64,000 nucleotides of DNA from Candidatus Latescibacterota bacterium (lineage in GTDB: Bacteria > Latescibacterota > UBA2968 > UBA8231): contig OZ241889.1 in assembly GCA_965203355.1 (NCBI GenBank), positions 3,456,001 to 3,520,000 on the forward strand. Direction: 5' to 3'. Below the pieces are notes generated by a model. It saw only the letters and a list, made by a program, of their open reading frames with translations, was not told the DNA's origin and did not search any database. Both the position numbers and the translations under genes were made by a program. The number at the start of each line of letters is the position of its first letter. The stretch's first letter is position 1. Positions 19,670 to 29,475 of this stretch are shown here, one piece after another.

Positions 19670-19921
19670 TTAGGAATCGGCTTGATCCCGGTCCTGGTCC
19701 TTGGCCTTGTCTTTGGCCTGAGGCTCGGTCTGGGCCGGCGGGGCCGTAGGGGCCGTAGGCTTGGGGGCCTCGATTTCGTCCTGCACGTCGCGCATAGCCG
19801 TGCGGAACTCGCGGATGCCCTTGCCCAAGCCCTGCGCCATCTCGGGGATGCGCTTGGCACCGAAGATAAGCAGAATGACGACGAAGATGATGAGTATTTC
19901 CCAATGGCCCATACCGAACAT
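19670..19921 (-). CDS. tatA: Twin-arginine translocase TatA/TatE
   Basis: MFGMGHWEILIIFVVILLIFGAKRIPE...GKGIREF. Confidence 0.9.
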   Translation of the reverse strand: MFGMGHWEILIIFVVILLIFGAKRIPEMAQGLGKGIREFRTAMRDVQDEIEAPKPTAPTAPPAQTEPQAKDKAKDQDRDQADS

Positions 19922-19945
19922 GGCTCTAGCTCCCAAAAGATGTTT

Positions 19946-20227
19946 TTAATAGCTGTGGCGGAAGTAATACCAGCCAACGAAGAGTCCTAACACCGTGATT
20001 AGGTTGAACTTCAGCGAGAGGTCAAACTCAAAGGACAGGATGACGAAATTGAACATGTGCGGCCCGATGGAATACTCCACATAGCGCAAGAGGGCGATTT
20101 CGACGATGGTGTCGGAGCCGAATAAGGCGACGAGGATGAACCGGAGCATCTCACCGGCGAGATTGGCGCCGATCATCGCAGTGAAAAGGATGAAAATGAG
20201 GTGGCTGATGGGTTTGTTGTACGACAT
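19946..20227 (-). CDS. Small membrane protein (DUF4321-like)
   Basis: Two hydrophobic segments; LSFEFDLSLKFNL..VLG motif. Confidence 0.55.
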   Translation of the reverse strand: MSYNKPISHLIFILFTAMIGANLAGEMLRFILVALFGSDTIVEIALLRYVEYSIGPHMFNFVILSFEFDLSLKFNLITVLGLFVGWYYFRHSY

Positions 20228-20233
20228 GGAGAT

Positions 20234-20941
20234 TTAGGCATGTTGGGTGACGGAACCGTGCATAAGCCGGAAAATCCAGCGCAAAGGCCCGGAGAAGACG
20301 TACACGAGAATCATGGGCAAGAAAAAGATGTCGTCGTAAATGAGCAGCCCGACCGTGGCGATGAAGTAAAGCTGTTTGAAGCGGTCGCTGAGGGAGGCGC
20401 CGCGAAAATTGGGCACACTGTCGTAATTGAGCCGACTGACCATCAGGAAGGACAACACTAAAATCAGCAGCACGGCCAGCGGCGTGGCATGGGGAATGGG
20501 CCATGCTTTGACAAAAACCACGTATTGGGTGAGGCAGACCGCGGCCGTGGGAATGGCCAGTCCGAGGTAAAATTCGTCGCGCTCACCGTCGAGGTTGAGC
20601 GTGTTAAAGCGGGCCAGACGCATGGCACCGCATAGCAGAAACACAAAAGCCAGGGCCAGCCCCCAGCCGGTCGGCAGGTGGGACTGAAGGTGGGCCTGAT
20701 AGATGATGGCAGCGGGCACGACGCCAAAGGTGCAGGCATCGACGATGGAGTCGAACTGGAGCCCAAACATGGAGTCTCGGCCCATGACCCGGGCGAGTTG
20801 GCCGTCCATTTTGTCGAATACCGCGCCCAAGAAGATGAGCCACGCGGCTGTCTCGTAGCTGCCGTTAAAGGCGTAGTACAGGGCGAGGAATCCGCAAAAT
20901 AGGTTGCCGATGGTGAACGCGGTGGGTATGAACTGCCTCAT
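20234..20941 (-). CDS. pssA: CDP-diacylglycerol--serine O-phosphatidyltransferase
   Basis: IPT.FT.GNLFCG, D..DG..AR....S.FG..FDS..D, RLARFN. Confidence 0.85.
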   Translation of the reverse strand: MRQFIPTAFTIGNLFCGFLALYYAFNGSYETAAWLIFLGAVFDKMDGQLARVMGRDSMFGLQFDSIVDACTFGVVPAAIIYQAHLQSHLPTGWGLALAFVFLLCGAMRLARFNTLNLDGERDEFYLGLAIPTAAVCLTQYVVFVKAWPIPHATPLAVLLILVLSFLMVSRLNYDSVPNFRGASLSDRFKQLYFIATVGLLIYDDIFFLPMILVYVFSGPLRWIFRLMHGSVTQHA

Positions 20942-20960
20942 TTTCGCATCCTTCCTGCCG

Positions 20961-22064
20961 CTAGCGCCGCATCCGATAGGGACGCTCTTCAAGGGTCAGG
21001 TCTAGATTGTAGTGCCCGTTGTGGCGCGTCACGCCGAGTGCCGCTACTTCGCCAACGCGCAAGCCGCGCAACGCGACAATGGCCTCGTCGGCGCTGCGGA
21101 TCTGCTCGTCGTTGACGGCGACGATCACGTCGCCGCTTTCGAGGCCCGCTAACTCGGCCGGACTGTCGCGTGCCACCCGCACAACTAGGGCTCCATCGGT
21201 GGAATCGAGTTGTAGGTACTCGGCTAGATCCGGGGTGATGTCTTGGACGGCCAAGATGCCGGTCCAAGCGCGCCGCGCTTGACCGTGCTGGCGAATTTCC
21301 GCCAAGAAGCTCGCAGCCGTGTCAATGGGAATGGCGAAGCCAATGCCAATAGAGCCGCTGTCGTATTCGCTGCCGGTGTAGATAAAGCTGTTGATGCCGA
21401 TGACTTTGCCATCGGCATTGACGAGCGGACCGCCGCTATTGCCTCTGTTGATGGCCGCATCGGTCTGAATCATGTCTTGGTAGTAGTAATCGCCTTGGGG
21501 TTGGGAAAAGTCGCGATCTAGGGCGCTGACGACGCCGACACTGACGGTAGGCCCCAAATCGAAAGGGTTGCCAATGGCAATAGCCCATTCGCCGACGAGA
21601 ATATCGCCCGAAGTCCCGAGCGGCGCAACCGGCAGATCGCCTCCATCTACCTTGAGAACGGCGAGGTCGAAGTTGAAGTCAGAGCCTACGTAGCGGGCCT
21701 CAAAGGTGCGGCCGTCGGGCTCGGGCAACGAGGCTGTGATCTGCTGTAGCTGACGCCGATCGCCGATGACGTGGCTATTGGTGAGAATGTACCCCTCGCG
21801 ATCGACGATAAGTCCCGAGCCGGTGGACATGCGGTGTTGATCTTGGGGCACGTAGTAGAACGGCGAGAAAAAATGCCAAAAAGGATCGCTGCGCTGCCGG
21901 TATAGATTGTAGACGCGCTTTTGGTAGCGCACGTGGAGACTGACGACCGCGGGCTGGACCCGCTCTACGGCCTGCACGACGGCTGTGCGGCGCGATTCCC
22001 CAATGGACGCGCTGGCGTGATTCAGCGCTAATACCAGCAGAGCAAGTGAGCAGAGCAAGTGCAA
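20961..22064 (-). CDS. HtrA/DegP-family serine protease with PDZ domain
   Basis: GSG, LTNSHV, DLAVL, IQTDAAINRGNSGGPL, C-terminal PDZ. Confidence 0.9.
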   Translation of the reverse strand: MHLLCSLALLVLALNHASASIGESRRTAVVQAVERVQPAVVSLHVRYQKRVYNLYRQRSDPFWHFFSPFYYVPQDQHRMSTGSGLIVDREGYILTNSHVIGDRRQLQQITASLPEPDGRTFEARYVGSDFNFDLAVLKVDGGDLPVAPLGTSGDILVGEWAIAIGNPFDLGPTVSVGVVSALDRDFSQPQGDYYYQDMIQTDAAINRGNSGGPLVNADGKVIGINSFIYTGSEYDSGSIGIGFAIPIDTAASFLAEIRQHGQARRAWTGILAVQDITPDLAEYLQLDSTDGALVVRVARDSPAELAGLESGDVIVAVNDEQIRSADEAIVALRGLRVGEVAALGVTRHNGHYNLDLTLEERPYRMRR

Positions 22065-22144
22065 GGTTGGACCTCAATTGGGATGAGTAATAATATAATC
22101 ATAATACATAGTGGCAAGTACCGCACAGCAGCTCTGTAGTGCTA

Positions 22145-22450
22145 CTAGTTCGGCGCGGCCCCGCCTAGGCGCAAAATGGCATCAAAGCGATCGTTTTTGG
22201 CGGCCTTATTCCTTTTGACAAGGCCGCATTTAGTACAGCGGTGGACGAGGATGTAATCGCCGCGTTTGATGGCAAAACCCACCGGCTCCATCAAGCCGCG
22301 ACAGCCCTCGGCGCGGTCGCCTGGGTTTACATCAACGTGTTGGCTCCAGAGGCATTCGGGGCAGTGGTTGGTGTAGCCGTTGCCCTGCGCGGAAAAGCCA
22401 CAGTTTTTGCAGGTAAAATTTTCGCGCTGCCGCTGGAATTTTTTGCCCAT
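22145..22450 (-). CDS. RNHCP-domain Zn-binding protein
   Basis: FTCKNCG, YTNHCPECLWSQHVD, PGDR...C.GLMEP, HRCTKCG. Confidence 0.85.
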   Translation of the reverse strand: MGKKFQRQRENFTCKNCGFSAQGNGYTNHCPECLWSQHVDVNPGDRAEGCRGLMEPVGFAIKRGDYILVHRCTKCGLVKRNKAAKNDRFDAILRLGGAAPN

Positions 22451-22455
22451 TTACA

Positions 22456-23214
22456 CTAGACCATGTCTGCGCTAAAACGGCCATCGGGATACGCCACCCA
22501 CAATAGGCAGAGACCACGCGCCGGCGCGGTGACCCCGGCTGTGCGGCGGTCGCCGCTGGCGAGCAGGTCGGCGATGGACGTCGGCGGCCTCGTGCGGCGG
22601 CCAATTTCGACCATCGTGCCAACGAGGATCCGCACCATGTGGCGGAGGAAGCGATTGGCCTCGATTTCAAAGACCAGTTCCGGGCCGCGTTGGGACCAGC
22701 CCGCGTCGAAGACGCGACAGATGGGGTGCGCGGGCACGGGATCTTGTTTGCAAAAGGCCCCAAAAGCGCGTTCGCCGCAGAGTGCGCGGGCGGCCGCGGC
22801 CATGCGATCCAAGGATAGGGCTGAATAACAGGTCCACACCTGAGTGCGGTTGACGGCTGCCTTGCCTTGGTGGATGCGGTAGCGATAGCGCTTGCGGGTT
22901 GCGCTGTAGCGGGCGTGAAAATCCGCCGCGACTTCGTCGGCGGCGCGCACGGCAAGGTCTGGGGGCAGGAGCCCATTGAGGCTGCGGAGCAAGCGGTTTG
23001 TAGGCAGCCGGGCTTCGGTCTGGAAATGAGCTACTTGCCCGAGCGCATGGGTTCCTGCGTCTGTACGACCCGCGCCGATGAGGCGGACCGGCTCTTTGAG
23101 TAGGATGCGCAGGGCTTGTTCGAGCGCGTCTTGCACGGTGCGGCCGCTCTTTTGGCTCTGCCATCCGACAAAGCAAGTCCCGTCGTACTCGATTACCAAG
23201 CGCAGCGTCCGCAT
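22456..23214 (-). CDS. truA: tRNA pseudouridine(38-40) synthase
   Basis: IEYDGT.F.GWQ, AGRTDAGTHA.GQ, FHARYSA, FLRHMVR. Confidence 0.95.
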   Translation of the reverse strand: MRTLRLVIEYDGTCFVGWQSQKSGRTVQDALEQALRILLKEPVRLIGAGRTDAGTHALGQVAHFQTEARLPTNRLLRSLNGLLPPDLAVRAADEVAADFHARYSATRKRYRYRIHQGKAAVNRTQVWTCYSALSLDRMAAAARALCGERAFGAFCKQDPVPAHPICRVFDAGWSQRGPELVFEIEANRFLRHMVRILVGTMVEIGRRTRPPTSIADLLASGDRRTAGVTAPARGLCLLWVAYPDGRFSADMV

Positions 23215-23218
23215 CGCC

Positions 23219-24019
23219 CTAACGCAGATAGAGCACGAGCCCAACCAAGCCCAGGGCCGCCAAGGCGAACAAGCCATCGGCCGGGCCAAAGCGCAGCGGG
23301 CGATAATGGGTGCGCTCCGCTCCGCTGGCGTAGCAGCGACTCTCCATGGCCAAGGCGAGGCGGTCGGCCCGCCCGCAGGCTGCGACGAGGAGGGGCGCGA
23401 GGAGGGGCACGAAGTTTTTGATGCGGCGCGGAAAAGAGCCACTAAAATCGGCCCCGCGCGCTAGTTGGGCTTTGTGCAGGCGCTCGGCCTCGTCGAGGAG
23501 CACCGGGATAAACCGCAGGGCAATGGCGATCATCAGCGCCATGTCGCCCGCCGGAAACCCGAAGCGGCGCAAGGGATTAAAGAGGTGCGCTAGGCCGCTG
23601 GTTATCTCCAGCGGTGCGGTCGTCAGCGTCAAGAGTGTGGCGGCGACGATGGCGGCGGCTAGTCGCGCGGTGAAAAAGGCCCCCAAGCGCAAGCCCTCGG
23701 CGGTCAGAACGTGGTCGAAAAAGGGCAACGGCAAAACGGGCCGACCGGGCGTGAGCAGCGCGTGGAGGCCAAAGGTGAACAAGAAGAGCCAAGCAAAGGT
23801 TTTGCACTGGCGCAGGACGAGGCGCCAAGGCACCCGCGCCAGGGCGGTCGCGCCGAGCAGGAAAGCCCCAAGCAGCAGCAGGGCGAGTGCGTTGGGGGTG
23901 GCAAAGATCGCCAGCGTCAGCGCGAAAACAGCGCCTAACTTGGTGCGCGGATCGAGGCGGTGGATCGGCGAGTTGAGCGCGATGTAGCGGCCGAGCGCGA
24001 TGTCCGGCAAAAAGGCCAA
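23219..24019 (-). CDS. ecfT: Energy-coupling factor transporter transmembrane component T
   Basis: SPIHRLDPRTKL, IALRFIP, AQLARG, AMESR. Confidence 0.85.
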   Translation of the reverse strand: MAFLPDIALGRYIALNSPIHRLDPRTKLGAVFALTLAIFATPNALALLLLGAFLLGATALARVPWRLVLRQCKTFAWLFLFTFGLHALLTPGRPVLPLPFFDHVLTAEGLRLGAFFTARLAAAIVAATLLTLTTAPLEITSGLAHLFNPLRRFGFPAGDMALMIAIALRFIPVLLDEAERLHKAQLARGADFSGSFPRRIKNFVPLLAPLLVAACGRADRLALAMESRCYASGAERTHYRPLRFGPADGLFALAALGLVGLVLYLR

Positions 24020-24022
24020 GGG

Positions 24023-24997
24023 CTAGGGCAAGAAGCGGTTGGTGAAGGCCGCCGTGGCGTTCACGACGCCCTCTTTGAGCAGGCCAGCGGCCACCATTTG
24101 GTCCAATAGCTCCTGCCAGCGCTGCAAGGTCATGTGCCCGAGGCCGTGCTGCCGGGCGACCGGATCGAGAATCATATCGAGGGATTCGGCGGCTCCGTAG
24201 GCGAGAATGTCCATACCCATCTCGGGGTTGAGGCCGTTGATATGGCGGTTCGTCGCCTCGGGCGCGGCGAGGTATTGCTCCCAGCCTCGGACGCTGGCGC
24301 GGACTGCGGCCCGGACGAGTTCAGGCTCGGTGGCGATGCGCTCGGCGGTGGTAATGAGTACGCTGGCATAGGGGTTGAAGCCGGTGTCGGCTACGAGCAG
24401 GGCCTTGGGATCGCCGCCTTTGGCCCGGGCGACGAAAGGCTCGCTAAAGACGTAGCCCTGCTGGGCGAAATGCTCGTCCGCGAGAAATTGGGTCACATTG
24501 CCGGGATAGGGGACAATAGCGACGCCTTCAAACGGGTATTTCCAGCGCAGATAGTGCGAGAAGGCCGGGCGTTGCGACAAGGCCAAGGTCATGTTTTTGA
24601 TTTGTGCAATGGAGTCGATACCGGAGCGCGCGTGGACCATGATGCAGCGCGGGTTGATCTGGTAGGACGCCATGAGCGCGACCACCGGGATCTGTTGGGC
24701 GCGGGCGTACAGAATGTCGTCGGCGTTTGTTATGCCAAAGGCGACCGCGCCGGTGGCCACGCGCTGGATGACCGGCGCGTCCGGGCCGCCGCCGAGGATT
24801 TCGACTTCAACGCCGTTTTCCTCGTAATAGCCGTGGATTGCAGCGGCGTACAAGCCGCCGTGTTCGGCTTCTGGGAACCAGTTGAGCGCGAGTTGAACCT
24901 TGGGCCGGGCCTCGGCTTTGGGGGCTTCTTTTTCGGCGGCGCAGGCGACGAGTGCGAGGAAGGCCGCCAAGAGTGCGTGTTTGAACATCGCGTACAT
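24023..24997 (-). CDS. ABC substrate-binding lipoprotein, NMT1/THI5-like
   Basis: Lipobox-like ALVAC; LNWFPEAEHGG, GYVFSEPF. Confidence 0.8.
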   Translation of the reverse strand: MYAMFKHALLAAFLALVACAAEKEAPKAEARPKVQLALNWFPEAEHGGLYAAAIHGYYEENGVEVEILGGGPDAPVIQRVATGAVAFGITNADDILYARAQQIPVVALMASYQINPRCIMVHARSGIDSIAQIKNMTLALSQRPAFSHYLRWKYPFEGVAIVPYPGNVTQFLADEHFAQQGYVFSEPFVARAKGGDPKALLVADTGFNPYASVLITTAERIATEPELVRAAVRASVRGWEQYLAAPEATNRHINGLNPEMGMDILAYGAAESLDMILDPVARQHGLGHMTLQRWQELLDQMVAAGLLKEGVVNATAAFTNRFLP

Positions 24998-25020
24998 TCC
25001 CTTCGCAAGGGTGGAAGTTT

Positions 25021-25803
25021 TTACTGGGGCGCGCCCGTCCAGCGTCTGAGCAAGAAAGTACTCAAGCGGCCCACGGTGGTAAATAGCCCCAAGCCGAGCA
25101 ACGTGCAAAACAAAATGCAGGCGAACAAGTAATCGGTTTTGGCCTGGCCGTTGGTCAGGATGATCAAGTAGCCGAGGCCAAAGTCCTCGGTGCCGTAGCC
25201 GGCGAAGAACTCGCCGACAATCGCGCCGATGACCGACAGGCCGCTGGAGATGCGGGCCCCGACGAGCATCTGGGGGACCGCGCCCGGGACGCGGAGCTTG
25301 AACAGCACTTGCCAGCGATTGGCCTTGTTGAGCGCGAAGAAGTCGAGTATGTGGGGATCAACGCGCGTCAGGCCATCGGTGGTGTTGGCGATGATCGGGA
25401 AGAGGGCGATGATGAACGAGACGGCCACCACGCCTTGGAGACCGTAGCCGATCCAGAGGATGATCAGCGGCGCGATGGCTACGATGGGCATGGTCTGCAA
25501 GAAGATCGCGTATGGATAGAGGCTGCGCTCGATGAGGCGCGACTGGGAAAACAGCAGGGCGACCAAAAAGCCAAAGGCAAAACTGAGGATAAAGCCCAAG
25601 AGCGCCCCTGACGCCGTCAGCAGGGTCGCCGACAGCAGCCGCGGCCAGTTGTCGGCGATGGCTTGGGCCACGAGCAAGGGGCCAGGCAGCAGGAAAGGTT
25701 TGATCTCGAAGAGCGAAACCGCGCCTTGCCACGCGCAGACAACCAAGGCGAAAAACAGCAGCGGGGGTAGGGCGTTGGTCGTTAGGGATCGCAGTCGTTT
25801 CAT
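25021..25803 (-). CDS. ABC permease (SsuC/TauC-like)
   Basis: QT.PIVAIAPL, GAIVGEF, GLGYLI. Confidence 0.85.
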   Translation of the reverse strand: MKRLRSLTTNALPPLLFFALVVCAWQGAVSLFEIKPFLLPGPLLVAQAIADNWPRLLSATLLTASGALLGFILSFAFGFLVALLFSQSRLIERSLYPYAIFLQTMPIVAIAPLIILWIGYGLQGVVAVSFIIALFPIIANTTDGLTRVDPHILDFFALNKANRWQVLFKLRVPGAVPQMLVGARISSGLSVIGAIVGEFFAGYGTEDFGLGYLIILTNGQAKTDYLFACILFCTLLGLGLFTTVGRLSTFLLRRWTGAPQ

Positions 25804-26540
25804 GGCGCGTCGGCGTGGGCGAGTTGGCGCGAAATCTCGCTGGTTATGCGGACGAATTCAGCCGTGCCGCGCAAGGGCGGCGTGCGCGGATAGGGAAACG
25901 GGATTGGGATGTCGGCGAGGATGCGGCCGGGGCGCGCACTCATCACGAGGACCCGCTGGCTGAGGAACGCGGCTTCGGCGACGCTGTGGGTGACGAAGAG
26001 GCCGGTCCAGCGGTCTTCTTGCCATAGGCGCAAGAGTTCCTCGTTGAGCCGCTGGCGGGTGATTTCGTCGAGCGCACCAAAAGGTTCGTCGAGGAGCAGG
26101 ATCTGCGGGCGGGTCACTAGGGCGCGGGCTATGGAGACTCTCATGCGCATACCGCCGGAAAGCTGGGCTGGATACGCCGCGGCAAAATCGGTTAGGCCGA
26201 CCAGTTCAAGCGTCTGAGCGACGCGCTCGGCCGCGGCTTCGCGGCGCAGCTCTAACGGGAGGGTGATGTTGTGCGCGACCGATCGCCAAGGCAGCAGCGT
26301 GGCATCTTGGAAGACAAAGGCGAGGCCGAGCGCGTCGTGGCCCGCCACGCGCAGTTGGCCGCTGGTGGGCGCGTCGAGGCCCGCCACGAGGCGGAGGAAG
26401 GTGGATTTGCCGCAGCCAGAAGGGCCGACGATGGAGACAAATTGACCGCGGCCAATGGCCAAGTTGAGGTCGCGCAGGGCTTGGACCCCAGCGGGGAAGT
26501 ACTTGTCAAGCCCGGCGGCGACGATTAGCGGAGGCTCCAT
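25800..26540 (-). CDS. ABC ATP-binding protein (SsuB/TauB-like)
   Basis: GPSGCGKS, LSGGM, LLLDEPFGALD. Confidence 0.9.
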   Translation of the reverse strand: MEPPLIVAAGLDKYFPAGVQALRDLNLAIGRGQFVSIVGPSGCGKSTFLRLVAGLDAPTSGQLRVAGHDALGLAFVFQDATLLPWRSVAHNITLPLELRREAAAERVAQTLELVGLTDFAAAYPAQLSGGMRMRVSIARALVTRPQILLLDEPFGALDEITRQRLNEELLRLWQEDRWTGLFVTHSVAEAAFLSQRVLVMSARPGRILADIPIPFPYPRTPPLRGTAEFVRITSEISRQLAHADAP

Positions 26541-27467
26541 TCAACCTCGGGGATGATAGGTCTTGTGGACCTCTTTGAGGTAGCTGAGGTCGAGGTGCGT
26601 GTAGATTTGGGTCGTGGAGATGTCGGCGTGGCCCAACAGTTCCTGCACGGCGCGGAGATTGGCGCCGCCTTCTAACAGGTGCGTGGCAAAACAGTGGCGC
26701 AGGGTGTGCGGGCTTATCGCCCGGCCTAGGCGGGCCTTGTCGCTGGCCGTTTTGATGATCTTCCACACGCTCATCCGCGAGAGCGGCCCGCCTTGGGCAT
26801 TGAGAAAGACGTGGTCGCTTGCGTCGGGCCGGGCGAGGTGTGGGCGGCCTTGGCGCAGGTAGCGCTGGAGGGTGCGCGCATCTTGGGCGGCGATGGGCAC
26901 GATGCGCTCGCGCCGGCCGCGGATGCGGATGAGGCCCCGCGTCAGCAGCAGGGCCTCCTGTTGCAGCGCGGTCAGCTCGGAGACGCGGATGCCGGTGGCG
27001 TAGAGCACGGCGAGGATGGCGCGGTCGCGCTGGCCCAGCGGCTCGTCCGGGTCGGGCGCGGCGAGCAGGGCGGCGATTTCCGCGACCGAGAGCACGTCGG
27101 GCAGGCGGCGTTCCAGCTTGGGCGAGTCGAGGAGTTCGGCTGGATTGTGCGACAGCACGCCCTTGAGCAGTAAGTATTGGTGGAAGCGCTTTATTGAGGT
27201 GAGGTTGCGGGCCATGGTGGAAGCCGTTAGGCCGGCCTCGCGCAGGGAGTGGAGCAAGCGGGCGATGTGCTGGTGTTGGACGGCTTCTAGACGCTCGACG
27301 CCTTGGGCCGACAGGTGGTGCAAGTAGCGGTTGAGGTCGCGGCGATAGGCGTCGAGGGTGTTGGCCGCCAGTCCATGGTCGCGCTCCATGGCCTTGAGGA
27401 AGCGCTCGCAGGGGACGGACAGGGCCGCTGGCAGCGGGTGTTCAGGCGTGGATTTCGGGCGAGCCAT
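26541..27467 (-). CDS. xerD: Tyrosine recombinase XerD-like
   Basis: NTLDAYRRDL, TGIRVSEL, PHTLRH.FATHLL.GGA.LR.VQELLGH..ISTTQIY, YHPR; the GKG hairpin is atypical. Confidence 0.8.
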   Translation of the reverse strand: MARPKSTPEHPLPAALSVPCERFLKAMERDHGLAANTLDAYRRDLNRYLHHLSAQGVERLEAVQHQHIARLLHSLREAGLTASTMARNLTSIKRFHQYLLLKGVLSHNPAELLDSPKLERRLPDVLSVAEIAALLAAPDPDEPLGQRDRAILAVLYATGIRVSELTALQQEALLLTRGLIRIRGRRERIVPIAAQDARTLQRYLRQGRPHLARPDASDHVFLNAQGGPLSRMSVWKIIKTASDKARLGRAISPHTLRHCFATHLLEGGANLRAVQELLGHADISTTQIYTHLDLSYLKEVHKTYHPRG

Positions 27468-29292
27468 GGTCCGGGCCGTTGAGATGAGCGAGCAAGGCGT
27501 CGGCCTGTTTGCGGCTAAAGCCGGGCAGGGCGGCGATTTGCTCGGCTGGCGTGGCGGCGATGCGCTTGACCGAGCCAAAGGCCACGAGCAGGGCCTTGCG
27601 CTTTTGCGGGCCGATGCCGGGGACGCGGTCCAACGCCGAACTGAGCGCACTCTTGGCGCGTTGCTGGCGGTGGTTTTTGAGCGCGAAGCGGTGGGCTTCG
27701 TCGCGCAGCATCTGCAACAGGCGCAGGCTGGCCGAGGTCTTGGGCAGCCGCAGGGGCTCGCGCTGGCCCGGCAGGAAGATTTCCTCAAAGCGCTTGGCCA
27801 GGCCGACGACGGGTTGATCGGCGCGGTCTAAGGCGTGTAGGGCGGCGACGGCACTGGCGAGCTGGCCCGGGCCGCCGTCGATGAGCAACAAATCGGGCTG
27901 TGGCTCGTTGCGCTCGGCCAGGCCGCGGAAGCGGCGCAGGACCACTTGGTGGATGGCCGCGTAGTCGTCGGGCCGGGCGAGGTCGCGGATTTTGAAGTAG
28001 CGGTACTGGCTGCGCTTGGCCCGGCCGTCGATAAAGCAGACCACCGAGCCGACCGGGTGCGCCCCTTGGAAGGTGGAGATGTCGATGCCTTCGATGCGGC
28101 GGGGCGGAGCCGCTAGTTGCAAGTCGCGCTGGAGCGCATAGACGGATTGAGGGATGCGGTCGCGCTTGAGCTCGCGCTTGAGTTGGCGTTCAGCGAGGAG
28201 CTGGGTGGCGTTTTTGGCGGCCATGTCGATCATCTGCGCCTTGGCCCCGCGCTGGGGGGTGGCTAGCGCGACCTTGCCGTCGGCCTTTTGCGACAGCCAA
28301 GCGGCCATGGCGTCGGCGTCTGCTAGCGGCTCTGGCAAGTGGATCTCGGGCGGGACAAAGTCGTTTTGCAGGTAGAATTGCCGCGCAAAAGCCGAGAGGA
28401 TTGCTCCGTCTGAGGACTCCATGATCCCGCCGAGGAAATGGTGCTTTTTGCCGAGCAAGCGGCCCTCGCGGATTTCGAGGACGCTGCAACAGGCTTCGTC
28501 GTCGCTGCGGGCCAGGCCGAGGACATCGCGGTCCACGAGGTCGTCGAGGACGACCTTTTGCCGCGCCCGCATGGATTCTAGCGCGTGGATCTGGTCGCGG
28601 AAGCGGGCGGCTTGCTCGTAGCGCATGTCGGCCGCGGCCTCGCTCATGCGCTTTTGCAGCTCGCGGATGACTTCGGCGTTCTGGCCGCGCAAAAAGCGCA
28701 CGGCCCGCTCAACGGTCTTGCGGTAGTCGTCGGCCGAGACGAGGTCTTCGCACGGCCCTTCGCAGCGCTTGATGTGGTATTCGAGGCACAGCCGCACCTT
28801 GTCGGCGGGCAACTGGGCGTTGCAGGTGCGGATGGGAAAGACCTTGCGCATGGTGTCGATGGTGGTGTGCATGGCGCGGACATTGCTGTACGGGCCGAGG
28901 TAGCGCGAGCCGTCGCGGACTACGTCGCGCGTGGCGAAAATGCGGGGGAAAGGCTCGGCCGTGATGCGGATGTAAGGGTATTTCTTGTCGTCTTTGAGCA
29001 GGATGTTGTAGCGCGGTTTGTGGGTGCGGATTTGGGTGGCTTCGAGGATGAGGGCTTCCTGCTCGCTACTCGTTACGATGTAGTCGATGTCGGCGATGTT
29101 GCGGACTAAGGCTTTGAACTGACGCCGGCCATCGCCGCCCGACGTGCGAAAGTACGAGCGCACCCGGTCGCGCAGGCTTTTGGCCTTGCCGATGTAGATG
29201 ATCTGCCCGTCGCGCCTTTTCATAATATAGATGCCGGATTCAGTGGGCAGGGCGTCGAGTTTGAGGCGCAGATCTTCGGATAGATTCTTCAT
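27442..29292 (-). CDS. uvrC: Excinuclease ABC subunit C
   Basis: GIY-YIG (GIYIMK...IYIGKAKSLR), IEGIDIS, LIDGG, RDEAHRFA, HhH. Confidence 0.95.
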   Translation of the reverse strand: MKNLSEDLRLKLDALPTESGIYIMKRRDGQIIYIGKAKSLRDRVRSYFRTSGGDGRRQFKALVRNIADIDYIVTSSEQEALILEATQIRTHKPRYNILLKDDKKYPYIRITAEPFPRIFATRDVVRDGSRYLGPYSNVRAMHTTIDTMRKVFPIRTCNAQLPADKVRLCLEYHIKRCEGPCEDLVSADDYRKTVERAVRFLRGQNAEVIRELQKRMSEAAADMRYEQAARFRDQIHALESMRARQKVVLDDLVDRDVLGLARSDDEACCSVLEIREGRLLGKKHHFLGGIMESSDGAILSAFARQFYLQNDFVPPEIHLPEPLADADAMAAWLSQKADGKVALATPQRGAKAQMIDMAAKNATQLLAERQLKRELKRDRIPQSVYALQRDLQLAAPPRRIEGIDISTFQGAHPVGSVVCFIDGRAKRSQYRYFKIRDLARPDDYAAIHQVVLRRFRGLAERNEPQPDLLLIDGGPGQLASAVAALHALDRADQPVVGLAKRFEEIFLPGQREPLRLPKTSASLRLLQMLRDEAHRFALKNHRQQRAKSALSSALDRVPGIGPQKRKALLVAFGSVKRIAATPAEQIAALPGFSRKQADALLAHLNGPDHGSPEIHA

Positions 29293-29325
29293 CAGAAAGC
29301 GATACAGGTTGACATAATCGCAACG

Positions 29326-29354
29326 AGGATAAGCGTTTTGTTGGGGGGCGTCAA
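29326..29354 (-). promoter_or_regulatory. sigma70-type promoter of the uvrC operon (TTGACG-N17-TATCCT)
   Basis: Minus strand ttgacg ccccccaacaaaacgct tatcct. Confidence 0.5.
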
Positions 29355-29475
29355 GATGGGCGATAGACGCCGCCGTGACGCGATAGACGCTCTTGCAGAA
29401 TCTTGACAGCCGGGCCGCTTGCGGCTTGGTTTCCAGCGCGTGGAGGAAGGGAACGTCCGCTACCCAGAACATGCC

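Noticed and set aside
24023-26600. TPP riboswitch ahead of the THI5-like ABC transporter
   Set aside because: There is no intergenic space (the ATPase start abuts the xerD stop) and no TPP consensus was seen.
26541-27467. Tyrosine recombinase as the integrase of the defence island
   Set aside because: It has XerD-type motifs, overlaps uvrC in a housekeeping operon, and is separated from the island by uvrC. No att repeats were seen.
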